Below, piece after piece: positions 53,330-64,000 of a DNA stretch of 64,000 nt. A model generated the notes under the pieces. That model worked only from the letters and a program-made list of their open reading frames with translations. It ran no database searches and was not told the DNA's origin. Each line of letters begins with the position of its first letter. Within the stretch, counting starts at the first letter, position 1. The stretch spans positions 186,001 to 250,000 of the forward strand of contig NIVC01001267.1 of NCBI GenBank assembly GCA_002269645.1, written 5' to 3'. The DNA is from Macrostomum lignano. Taxonomy: Eukaryota. The position numbers and the translations under genes were made by a program.

Positions 53330-54010
53330 GGCTGTTGGGGAGGGTGTGGCGGTTGGGGAGGGTGTGGCGGCTGGGGAGTGTGTGGCGGTTGGGGAGTGTG
53401 TGGCGGTTGGGGAGGGTGTGGCGGCTGGGGAGTGTGTGGCGGTTGGGGAGGGTGTGGCGGCTGGGGAGTGTGTGGCGGTTGGGGAGGGTGTGGCGGCTGG
53501 GGAGTGTGTGGCGGTTGGGGAGGGTGTGGCTTTTGGGGAGGGTGTGGCAGTTGGGGAGGGTGTCGCGGCTGGGGAGGGTGTGGGGGTTGGGGAGTGTGTG
53601 GCGGTTGGAGAGGGTATCGCGGTTGGGGAGGGTGTGGCAGTTGGGGAGGGTGTGGCGGTTGGTTAGGGTGTGGGGTTGGGGAGTGTGTGGCGGTTGGAGA
53701 GGGTATCGCGGTTGGGGAGGGTGTGGCAGTTGGGGAGGGTGTGGCGGTTGGTTAGGGTGTGGGGGTTGGGGAGTGTGTGGCGGTTGGAGAGGGTATCGCG
53801 GTTGGGGAGGTTGTGGCTGTTCGGGAGGGTGTGGCAGTTGGGGAGGGTGTCGCGGTTGGGGAGGTTGTGGCTGTTCGGGAGGGTGTGGCGGTTGGGGAGG
53901 GTGTGGCGGTTGGTTAGGGTGTGGGGGTTGGGGAGTGTGTGACGGTTGGGGAAGGGTGTGGCTTTTGAGGATGGTGTTGTGGTTGGGGAGGGTGTGGCGG
54001 GTGTTGAGGG
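53330..54010. repeat. 18-bp G-rich minisatellite GGGGAGGGTGTGGCGGTT
   Basis: Direct reading. Confidence 0.94.
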
Positions 54011-54299
54011 TGTTGAAAGAATTAAGTTTGAAGAAAAATTATAAACATTTGTTGTTCCTTCGAAATTCTGGTACCTCCTGATAATCAAAACTGCGTGTTT
54101 ATTAAGTGCATTGTCAGAAAATGTCAATAAAGTTCCAACACGTATTGCTGAATTTTTTCTTGTAATAATGTTAACTACTGAGAGTATTGACAAGTTTCCG
54201 AGGTTACAAGAATGAAGCAGCGAGACAAGACTGCTATATCTATATAGGAGTAGGGCTTTAGTTGGGCTAAACTTAAAGTGGGTTCACTCGCAAAACGAA

Positions 54300-55270
54300 A
54301 TACAGATGATGAGAAGAGATGGAGACAGAGAGTGAGAAGCGATGAAGGAAGAGAGTGAGAAGAGTTGGAGGTAGAGAATGAGAATAAATACAGGGAGAGA
54401 GTTAGAAGACACGAAGAGAGAGATTCAGAAGAGATGAAGGGAGAGTTTAAGAGGGGATGGAGGAAGAGAGTGAGAAGAGATGAAGGGAGAGGTTAAGAAG
54501 GGATGAAAGAAGAGAGTGAGAAGAGATGTGAGAGAGAGAACGACTAGAGATGAAGGGAGAGTTTAAGAAGGGATGAAGAAAGAGAGTGAGAAGAGATGAA
54601 GGAAGAGAGTGAGAAGAGATGAAGGAAGAGAGTGAGAAGAGATGTGAGAGAGAGAACGACTAGAGATGAAGGGAGAGTTTAAGAAGGGATGAAGGAAGAG
54701 AGTGAGAAGAGATGAAGGAAGAGAGTGAGAAGAGATGAAGGAAGAGAGTGAGAAGAGATGAAGGAAGAGAGTGAGAAGAGATGAAGGAAGAGAGTGAGAA
54801 GAGATGAAGGGAGAGTTTAAGAAGGGATGAAGGAAGAGAGTGAGACGAGATGAAGGAAGAGGTTAAGAAGGGATGAAGGAAGAGAGTGAGAAGAGATGAA
54901 GGAAGAGAGTGAGAAGAGATGAAGGGAGAGGTTAAGAAGGGATGAAGGAAGAGAGTGAGAAGAGATGAAGGAAGAGAGTGAGACGAGATGAAGGGAGAGT
55001 TTAAGAAGGGATGAAGGAAGAGAGTGAGAAGAGATGAAGGAAGAGAGTGAGAAGAGATGAAGGGAGAGTTTAAGAAGGGATGAAGGAAGAGAGTGAGACG
55101 AGATGAAGGGAGAGTTTAAGAAGGGATGAAGGAAGAGAGTGAGATGAGATGAAGGGAGAGTTTAAGAAGGGATGAAGGAAGAGAGTGAGAAGAGATGAAG
55201 GGAGAGTTTAAGAAAGGATGAAGGAAGAGAGTGAGAAGAGATGAAGGGAGAGAGTGAGAAGAGATGGAGG
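54300..55270. repeat. Purine-rich minisatellite (GAGAGTGAGAAGAGATGAAGGAA and variants)
   Basis: Direct reading. Confidence 0.92.
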
Positions 55271-55404
55271 CAGAGAAGTAGAGGATCGAAAAGACAGAGA
55301 TTTTAAATCCTGTTAGTCAGGCCCAATCAGGTCCGCCAAGGCTCACTAGACCAGATCAGTGCTGCCCCGGCCGTGCAGTCAAGCAGTTTGGCATTGGCGT
55401 CAGA

Positions 55405-57502
55405 TCACGCGAGAGTGAATCGCCGCTTGAACGCCTCCTGAAAAGCCGAGTTGAGATCATTCTCCATGCGGCGGTACTCATCCGGGCTGGCAGGATTTCT
55501 CTCTTTCTCAGCCAACCATCGAAGAGTGGCGTTGCACTTTTCGGCCAGCTGCCGGCGTTTTGGCTCTTGGATGGAGTCGAATGCGGACTTCGGGGCCTCT
55601 TGAACAGCTTCTTTCATACCCTGTTGGTGCGCGTGTACTTGTTGTCTAGCTGCCCGCGTCAGACTTCGAAACCACCCGTGTCAGACTCTAGAGCGACATG
55701 TGTCAGAATCTAGAGCGACATGTGTCAGACTCTAGAGCTACATGTGTCAGACTCTAGAGCTACATGTGTCAGACTCTAGAGCTACATGTGTCAGACTCTA
55801 GAGCTACATGTGTCAGAATCTAGAGCGACATGTGTCAGACTCTAGAGCTACATGTGTCAGACTCTAGAGTGACATGTGTCAGAATCTAGAGCTACATGTG
55901 TCAGAATCTAGAGCTACATGTGTCAGACTCTAGAGCTACATGTGTCAGAGTCTAGAGCTACATGTGTCAGACTCTAGAGTGACATGTGTCAGAATCTAGA
56001 GCTACATGTGTCAGAATCTAGAGCGACATGTGTCAGACTCTAGAGCTACATGTGTCAGAGTCTAGAGCTACATGTGTCAGACTCTAGAGCTACATGTGTC
56101 AGACTCTAGAGTGACATGTGTCAGAATCTAGAGCTACATGTGTCAGACTCTAGAGCTACATGTGTCAGACTCTAGAGTGACATGTGTCAGACTCTAGAGC
56201 TACATGTGTCAGACTCTAGAGTGACATGTGTCAGACTCTAGAGCTACATGTGTCAGAGTCTAGAGCTACATGTGTCAGACTCTAGAGTGACATGTGTCAG
56301 AGTCTAGAGCTACATGTGTCAGACTCTAGAGTGACATGTGTCAGACTCTAGAGCTTTATGTGTCAGAGTCTAGAGTTACATGTGTCAGACTCTAGAGCTA
56401 CATGTGTCAGAGTCTAGAGCTACATGTGTCAGACTCTAGAGCTACATGTGTCAGACTCTAGAGTGACATGTGTCAGAGTCTAGAGCTACATGTGTCAGAC
56501 TCTAGAGCTACATGTGTCAGAATCTAGAGCTACATGTGTCAGACTCTAGAGCTACATGTGTCAGACTCTAGAGTGACATGTGTCAGAGTCTAGAGCTACA
56601 TGTGTCAGACTCTAGAGTGACATGTGTCAGAGTCTAGAGCTACATGTGTCAGACTCTAGAGTGACATGTGTCAGAGTCTAGAGCTACATGTGTCAGACTC
56701 TAGAGTGACATGTGTCAGACTCTAGAGCTACATGTGTCAGACTCTAGAGCTTTATGTGTCAGACTCTAGAGCTACATGTGTCAGACTCTAGAGCTACATG
56801 AGTCAGACTCTAGAGCTACATGAGTCAGACTCTAGAGCTACATGAGTCAGACTCTAGAGCTACATGTGTCAGACTCTAGAGCTACATGTGTCAGAGTCTA
56901 GAGCTACATGTGTCAGACTCTAGAGCTACATGCGTCAGACTCTAGAGCTACATGTGTCAGACTCTAGAGCTACATGTGTCAGAGTCTAGAGCGACATGTG
57001 TCAGAGTCTAGAGCGACATGTGTCAGACTCTAGAGCTTTATGTGTCAGACTAAAATTCACCTAAACAATATATGACCCACTCTAGAATCACCGATGTCAC
57101 ACTCGGAAATCACTCTGAGTCAGAAGTCCAGCAGAAGTCAGAAGAGACAGCCAAGCGAACACCTGCTGCCCTTGTAAATCGCTCCATTCCGTTCACCTTA
57201 ACCCGAGCCTCCAAGCTTCGATGGGGCTTCAAAGATTCCTCCATCTTTCGCTGCAGCCGCTGCAAGTGCGCCAGGTAAGAGTAGTGCCGAACGCAGTTCA
57301 GAGGGCTCAGGCCAGCAGCCTGTCTGTACCGGCGGAAAAGCCTCTGTTTCCAGGCGTCTTCGGTGAACAAATCGTCGTAGGAGGTGTCCGACGCCCAGAC
57401 ATGGTCGCCCAGCATGGACAGCTGGATGCGAAGCTGGCCAGTTGTCGGCAGTCGCCGATCGCCGTTGGGATCCTCGTAGTCGCCAGACAAATTCAGACTC
57501 AT
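55405..57502 (-). CDS. Orphan ~194-aa protein: unique N-terminal region plus HSP70 C-terminal lid-like helices; exons 57163-57502 and 55405-55649
   Basis: Phase-1 GT-AG join (GCAG|GTGTTC ... GGGCAG|CT). Exon 2 ARQQVHAHQQGMKEAV...KRRQLAEKCNATLRWLAEK...ASPDEYRRMENDLNSAF resembles HSP70 AKNALESYAFNMKSAV...KKKVLDKCQEVISWLDAN..AEKDEFEHKRKELEQVC. May extend upstream via an acceptor at 57520-22. Confidence 0.6.
55680..57050. repeat. 22-bp quasi-palindromic minisatellite CATGTGTCAGACTCTAGAGCTA, ~62 copies
   Basis: Fills most of the intron of the orphan gene. Confidence 0.97.
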
Positions 57503-57977
57503 TTTCTGTCGGATTTCATCTATAAATGTAGGTTAAATTGCTTTACAGAATAACTAGCGTAAAATTCTGAGCGAGTCTCAAACAAAGTTGATCCTGTGGT
57601 TTGAGCCACAGACAAAAACTATATACATGTACTTATTTATTTTGATGCGCAAATTTATAAGAAAAAACTCTAAATAGACGCTCATAGTAGTCTCGTAATC
57701 AAAAGCGACAATGGAGTGGCCCATCTATTGTTTTTTACTTTCTAGTTTTCTACTTTCCAGTTCAGTAGACAGAAAGAATATACGGGGTATTTAAAAAACG
57801 GCAGTTAAAATGGCGATAGAAACCCACCTGCAAGAGATTCTGATCATAGGCTCGATGAATTTATTGAGCATTTTTGTCTTTACTGCGCAATATTAAAATT
57901 CTTCTGTTATCTTTCTACTGAACTGACAGTAGTATGCACGCACATACTGTACCGGTTGGCCCCATTTAGTTATCATC

Positions 57978-58013
57978 ACTAGCAATCTAGTGCGGCCCCC
58001 CTTCGGGGCGCCC
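57978..58013 (-). mobile_element. Possible Helitron 3' end (GC hairpin followed by CTAGT)
   Basis: Minus strand GCGCCCCGAAGGGGGGCCGC-ACTAGATTG-CTAGT; no 5' end identified. Confidence 0.3.
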
Positions 58014-58254
58014 AATAAGAAAGGAGCAAAAATAGTTCATGGAAAACAATAAAAAAACACATTTTCTTAAACACTAATTCCTTCTTCACATTTTAAAAAT
58101 CACCTTATTCGTGTAAAATTGTCACGGACTAAGATGTTTGCAAAATTAAAAAATCACTTTTTCTCTAAAATTAACAAACAGTCAACAAAATATCGTTTCC
58201 CTAAATAGAAAATATTCCCAAGACAGCAAGCAACCCCCTCCAAAAGTGAACAAT

Positions 58255-58980
58255 CGCAGATAGCAAGCATCCTCTAATGCTCATAGCAAGAATCACCACA
58301 GATAGCAAGCATCTGCAGATTAGCAAGCACCCCCCAGATATTATAGAAGCATCCACCCAGATAGCAAGCATTCTGCAGATAGCAAGCACCCCCAGATATT
58401 ATAGAAGCATCCTGCAGATAGCAAGCATTCTGCAGATAGCAAGCACCCCCAGATATTATAGAAGCATCCACCCAGATAGCAAGCATTCTGCAGATAGCAA
58501 GCACCCCCAGATATTATAGAAGCATCCACCCAGATAGCAAGCATTCTGCAGATAGCAAGCACCCCCAGATATTATAGAAGCATCCACCCAGATAGCAAGC
58601 ACCCCCCAGATATTATAGAAGCATCCACCCAGATAGCAAGCATTCTGCAGATAGCAAGCACCCCCAGATATTATAGAAGCATTCTGCAGATAGCAAGCAC
58701 CCCCCAGATATTATAGAAGCATCCACCCAGATAGCAAGCATTCTGCAGATAGCAAGCACCCCCAGATATTATAGAAGCATTCTGCAGATAGCAAGCACCC
58801 CCAGATATTATAGAAGCATCCACCCAGATAGCAAGCATCCTGCAGATAGCAAGAATCCCTAAATAGCAAGCATCCTGCAGATAGCAAGAATCCCTGAATA
58901 GCAAGCATCCCTGGATAGAAAGAATCCCATGCATGTAGCCAGTACCCCCTCTCCCAAATAGCAAGTATCCCCCCTCGAGA
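58255..58980. repeat. Composite minisatellite GATAGCAAGCA / CCCCAGATATTATAGAAGCA
   Basis: Direct reading. Confidence 0.92.
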
Positions 58981-59024
58981 GCAAGCATCCACGAGACAGC
59001 AAGTAGCTAGTGCAAATGTTACTT

Positions 59025-61578
59025 CCGCTAATGCAATAATCGCTTTCTCAGGTTGTGCAACAATCCACGTCTCAGCGAGCGCAATAATCTCTTTTTTAGA
59101 CAGCGCAGTAATCAGCTTCTCAGCTAGTGCAATAATCCTTGGTTTATTAATAGCAATAATCCTTGATTAATCAAGTGCAATAATCCTTGGTTTATCAAGT
59201 GCAATAATCCTTGGTTTATCAAGTGCAGTAATCTTTGGCTTATAAAGTGCAATAATCCTTGGTTTATCAAGTGCAATAATCCTTTGTTTATCAAGTGCAA
59301 TAATCCTTGGTTTATCAAGTGCAATAATCCTTGGTTTATTAAGTGCAATAATCCTTGGTTTATCTAGCGCAGTAATCCTTGGCTTATCAGGTGCAATAAT
59401 CCTTGGTTTATCAAGTGCAATATTTGTTTATCAAGTGCAATAATCCTTGGTTTATCAAGTGAAATAATCCTTGGTTTATCAAGTGCAATAATCCTTGGCT
59501 TATCAACTGCAATAATCCTTGGTTTATCAAGCGCAGTAATCTTTGGCCTATCAAGCGCAGTAATCCTTGGCCTATCAAGTGCAATAATCCTTGGCTTATC
59601 AAGTGCAATAATCCTTGGTTTATCAAGTGCAATAATCCTTGGTTTATCAAGTGTAATAATCCTTGGTTTATCAAGTGCAATAATCCTTGGCTTATCAACT
59701 GCAATAATCCTTGGTTTATCAAGTGCAATAATCCTTGGTTTATCAAGCGCAGTAATCCTTGGCCTATCAAGTGCAATAATCCTTGGCTTATCAAGTGCAA
59801 TAATCCTTGGTTTATCAAGTGCAATAATCCTTGGTTTATCAAGTGCAGTAATCCTTGGCCTATCAAGTGCAATAATCCTTGGTTTGCCAAGAGCAATAAT
59901 CCTTAGTTTATCGAGTGCAGTAATCCTTAGTTTTCCAAGTGCAGTAATCCTTGGTTTATTAAGAGCAATAATCCTTGGCTTATCGAGTGCAGTAATCCTT
60001 GGTTTGCCAAGAGCAATAATCCTTGGTTTATCAAGTGCAATAATCCTTGGTTTATCAAGTGCAATAATCCTTGGTTTATCAAGTGCAATAATCCTTGGTT
60101 TATCAGATGCAATAATCCTTGGCTTATCAACTGCAATAATCCTTGGTTTATCAAGTGCAATAATCCTTGGCTTATCAAGTGCAATAATCCTTGGTTTATC
60201 AAGTGCAATAATCCTTGGTTTATCAAGCGCAGTAATCTTTGGCCTATCAAGTGCAATAATCCTTTGTTTATCAAGTGCAATAATCCTTGGTTTATCAAGT
60301 GCAATAATCTTTGGTTTATCAGATGCAATAATCCTTGGCTTATCAACTGCAATAATCATTGGTTTATCAAGTGCAATAATCCTTGGCTTATCAAGTGCAA
60401 TAATCCTTGGTTTATCAAGTGCAATAATCCTTGGTTTATCAAGCGCAGTAATTTTTGGCCTATCAAGTGCAATAATCCTTGGTTTATCAAGTGCAGTAAT
60501 CCTTGGCCTATCAAGTGCAATAATCCTTGGTTTATCAAGTGCAATAGTCTTTGGTTTATCGAGTGCAGTAATCCTTAGTTTTCCAAGTGCAGTAATCCTT
60601 GGTTTATTAAGAGCAATAATCCTTGGTTTATCGAGTGGAGTAGTCCTTGGTTTATTAATATCAATAATCCTTGAATAATCCAGTGCATTAATCCTTGGCT
60701 TATCAAGTGCAACATTCTTTACTATCAAGTGCAATAATCCATGGCTTATCAAGTGCAATAATCCTTGGCTTATCAAGTGCAATAATCCTTGGTTTATCAA
60801 GTGCAATAATCCTTTGTTTATCAAGTGCAATGATCCTTTGTTTATCAAGTGCAATAATCCTTTGTTTATCAAGTGCAATAATCCTTGGTTTATCAAGCGC
60901 AGTAATCCTTGGCTTATCAAGTGCAATAATCCTTGGCCTATCAAGTGCAATATTCCTTGGTTTATCAAGCGCAGTAATCTTTGGCCTATCAAGTGCAATA
61001 ATCCTTGGTTTATCAAGTGCAGTAATCCTTGGCCTATCAAGTGCAATATTCCTTGGTTTATCAAGTGCAATAGTCCTTGGTTTATCGAGTGCAGTAATCC
61101 TTGGTTTTCCAAGTGCAATAATCCTTGGCTTCTTGAGTGCAGTAATCCTTGGTTTGCCAAGAGCAATAGTCCTTGGTTTATCGAGTGCAGTAATCCTTGG
61201 TTTTCCAAGTGCAGTAATCCTTGGTTTATTAATAGCAATAATCCTTGGCTTCTTGAGTGCAGTAATCCTTGGTTTGCCAAGAGCAATAGTCCTTGGTTTA
61301 TCGAGTGCATTAATCCTTGGTTTTCCAAGTGCAATAATTCTTGGCTTCTTGAGTGCAGTAATCCTTGGTTTGCCAAGAGCAATAGTCCTTGGTTTATCGA
61401 GTGCAGTAATCCTTGGTTTTCCAAGTGCCGTAATCCTTGGTTTATTAATAGCAATAATCCTTGATTAATCAAGTGCAGTAATCTTTGGTTTGCCAAGAGC
61501 AATAGTCCTTGGTTTATCGAGTGCAGTAGTCCTTGGTTTATTAATAGCAATAATCCTTGGCTTATCGAGTGCAGTAAT
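59025..61578. repeat. 24-bp minisatellite AAGTGCAATAATCCTTGGTTTATC, ~100 copies
   Basis: Source of the 728-aa pseudo-ORF; internal -2 (~60715) and -4 (~59420) units. Confidence 0.97.
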
Positions 61579-61644
61579 CTAAGTGTTTTTATTTAGTCCT
61601 TTAATAAAACCTTTTAATAAAAAATTTTACACTACTACTTTTAA

Positions 61645-61712
61645 ACTACTTAGATTCGAACCTAGGTCGCTGCATTAGCAGTCTGGTCTGTTCAGCTCTA
61701 GGCTAGCTCTCA
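61645..61712 (-). pseudogene. Decayed tRNA-Ser(GCT)-like sequence or tRNA-derived SINE head
   Basis: A-box-like TAGCCTAG, GACTGCTAAT anticodon loop, B-box GGTTCGAATC; anticodon stem does not pair and there is no variable arm; T6 run follows. Confidence 0.4.
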
Positions 61713-61959
61713 TCGAAGTTATCAGTGATGTTGTACCACTTATATAATTCAACACTCACACCAAGTCAGGTAGAGTAAAAAGTCTCACGAAGCAGTTATG
61801 ACATAATCAATTTCTTAGGCAAGTCAGTACCAGTGTCTATGAAAGTTTACAATATGGTTACGTAATATAAATTCAGTACTGCGCTATGCTTTCACACTCA
61901 AAGCTGTGACGCAATTCAATTGAGTGTCAAATTCAGCCAGTACACAGACGATAAATAAA

Positions 61960-62266
61960 GTGTATTGTGATGCAATCTATTTCAGAATCAGAATTCAACC
62001 AGTCAGTTTTTCTGCTAGCATTCTTACGATGCATTTCAAGTCGAAAGAGCTGCTTGACCTTTGCAAAAAAGCATGTTTTTCGAATATTTAATCCCTTTAG
62101 CATCAAGCAATTTCTTAGCCACGATGCATGTACTGTCACGGGAAAATTTCTGATCGAACAGTGCAAGTTCGAAGAAAATCGGTTGAGCCGTTTTTGCTAA
62201 AATCGATCACACACACACACATACACACACACACATACCGACAGACCATTTTTAGTATATTGGATT
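61960..62266 (+). mobile_element. Helentron/DINE-1-like non-autonomous element 3' part
   Basis: AAAATCGGTTGAGCCGTTTTT inverted repeat, then (CA)n, CAGAC and TTTTAGTATATTGGAT, the layout of HINE/Lep1-type ends; left boundary approximate. Confidence 0.4.
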
Positions 62267-62271
62267 ATAGC

Positions 62272-63354
62272 TAGGGCGTCGCCATGGATTTGATGGTGGG
62301 GGGGTACAAAAACAAGAATTCAACATGTACATGACTAAACTTCTACATTTCCATTATTTTGAGAATCGGTGTTGTCAGCGCTCATTTTAGCGCCGCAGGC
62401 ACTCATTTTGGCGCCGAAGGCACTCATTTTAGCGCCGCAGGCAATCATTTTAGCGCCGAAGGCACTCATTTTAGCGCCGCAGGCACTCATTTTAGCGCCG
62501 AAGGCACTCATTTTGGCGCCGCAGGCAATCATTTTAGCGCCGAAGGCACTCATTTTAGCGCCGCAGGCAATCATTTTAGCGCCGAAGGCACTCATTTTGG
62601 CGCCGCAGGCACTCATTTTAGCGCCGAAGGCACTCATTTTGGCGCCGCAGGCACTCATTTTGGCGCCGAAGGCACTCATTTTAGCGCCACAGGCAATCAT
62701 TTTGGCGCCGAAGGCACTCATTTTAGCGCCGCAGGCACTCATTTTAGCGCCGAAGGCACTCATTTTAGCGCCGAAGGCACTCATTTTAGCGCCGAAGGCA
62801 CTCATTTTGGCGCCGCAGGCACTCATTTTGGCGCCGAAGGCACTCATTTTGGCGCCGAAGGCACTCATTTTGGCGCCGCAGGCACTCATTTTGGCGCCGA
62901 AGGCACTCATTTTAGCGCCGAAGGCACTCATTTTAGCGCCGAAGGCACTCATTTTAGCGCCGCAGGCACTCATTTTAGCGCCGAAGGCACTCATTTTAGC
63001 GCCGCAGGCACTCATTTTAGCGCCGAAGGCACTCATTTTAGCGCCGAAGGCACTCATTTTAGCGCCGAAGGCACTCATTTTGGCGCCGAAGGCACTCATT
63101 TTGGCGCCGAAGGCACTCATTTTAGCGCCGCAGGCACTCATTTTAGCGCCGAAGGCACTCATTTTAGCGCCGAAGGCACTCATTTTAGCGCCGAAGGCAC
63201 TCATTTTGACGCCGAAGGCGCTATATTCTGGCGCCCTGAAGAAAAGTTATTTGATTACCACGATGTATCACAAGGTGGGGGTGGCATGTCCCCCCATAGT
63301 TTTTACTGGAGGGGGGCATTTCCCCCTGTCCCACCCTCGGTGGCGACGCGCCTG
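62272..63354. mobile_element. hAT-like non-autonomous element inflated by an internal minisatellite
   Basis: Ends TAGGGCGTCGCCA and TGGCGACGCGCCTG; G-run left, GGGGGC..CCCCC hairpin right; TSD degenerate (ATTATAGC/ATTGTACG). Confidence 0.6.
62375..63230. repeat. 21-bp minisatellite GCACTCATTTTAGCGCCGAAG, ~40 copies
   Basis: Same unit as 32822-33010. Confidence 0.97.
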
Positions 63355-64000
63355 ATTGTACGCTCGTAGCATCTGTGCTTATAATTAGAATATTAATTAA
63401 ATAAAATTCTATTGTGTGAACGCACTGGCCCAGTTTCCTACACCGATGCGGTGGACGTTGAGTTCTGGGCCATGGACTATTCAGGCTAGACGTCTGGACT
63501 GGAAACGGAGCTCTCCTCTAACTGATTATACGTGACGTTTTCTTTAAAACTTTGAGGCTAACAGGGTACAGGTGAATGGGAGGAAATTTCAGTGGTCCCT
63601 GGCTTAAGTTTTAGAAAAAATATACAAAAATCAACTGAATTTAGCTGTCCAATCCAGATCTCATTTTTCTTTTCTAATACTCCCTGGCTTTCTCAAGCTC
63701 ATTGCGGTTAGCAGCGCATGGAGCGTGTCTTAAGTACATTATTTATTGCTCATCTTGTCTAAGTTATCTGTAAGTTTGATAAGATTTAGATCTTAAATTC
63801 CATTTTTCTAGACTAGACAAAATTTAGTATAAAGCTGTATTTTATTCTCAACAGCTAATTAGAGGACACTTAAAATGCGAAGGCACTCCCAACGTAGAAT
63901 CGCTGCTTTGTGTGCCCGTGTGACCCTCCGCCTCGCTTTGCCATTAGTTGTTGCGCGCATAATATGTGATGTGACAAATGCTGGAACACCTCGCGCGATT

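Noticed and set aside
53330-54193. Mucin-like (PTATPS)n stalk exon for the GPCR
   Set aside because: That frame has three TAA stops and a frameshift near 53945.
55680-57050. Heat-shock elements in the intron of the HSP70-lid gene
   Set aside because: Units carry CTCTAGAG or ATCTAGAG, not TTCnnGAA triplets.

Overview
Eukaryotic (animal) genomic DNA, not prokaryotic: no CRISPR array and no rRNA. GC-rich Ala/Gln-rich exons, (GACA)n tracts and minisatellite-packed introns suggest a free-living flatworm such as Macrostomum (inference only). Roughly a third of the window (~24 kb by hand estimate) is tandem repeat, and most long ORFs in the track are read-throughs of those repeats. Spliced gene models were built by hand with GT-AG sites and phase checks. 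Plus strand: a KLF zinc-finger gene. Minus strand, all co-oriented: an orphan protein ending in an HSP70 C-terminal-lid-like domain, a frameshifted class A GPCR, GCC1/GCC88, TIMM17, RAB9, ACIN1 and a GADD45-like L7Ae-family gene. Also present are several non-autonomous DNA transposons, including a CCAYA..CAGGAAG-ended family with exact 8-bp target-site duplications. Best leads: the HSP70-lid-only protein; RAB9 lacking an obvious start codon; an operon-like GCC1-TIMM17 junction; CpG-depleted, MITE-bearing 5' introns versus satellite-filled downstream introns; an RFX X-box array; and a 24-bp satellite whose edge looks like an ancient coding repeat.
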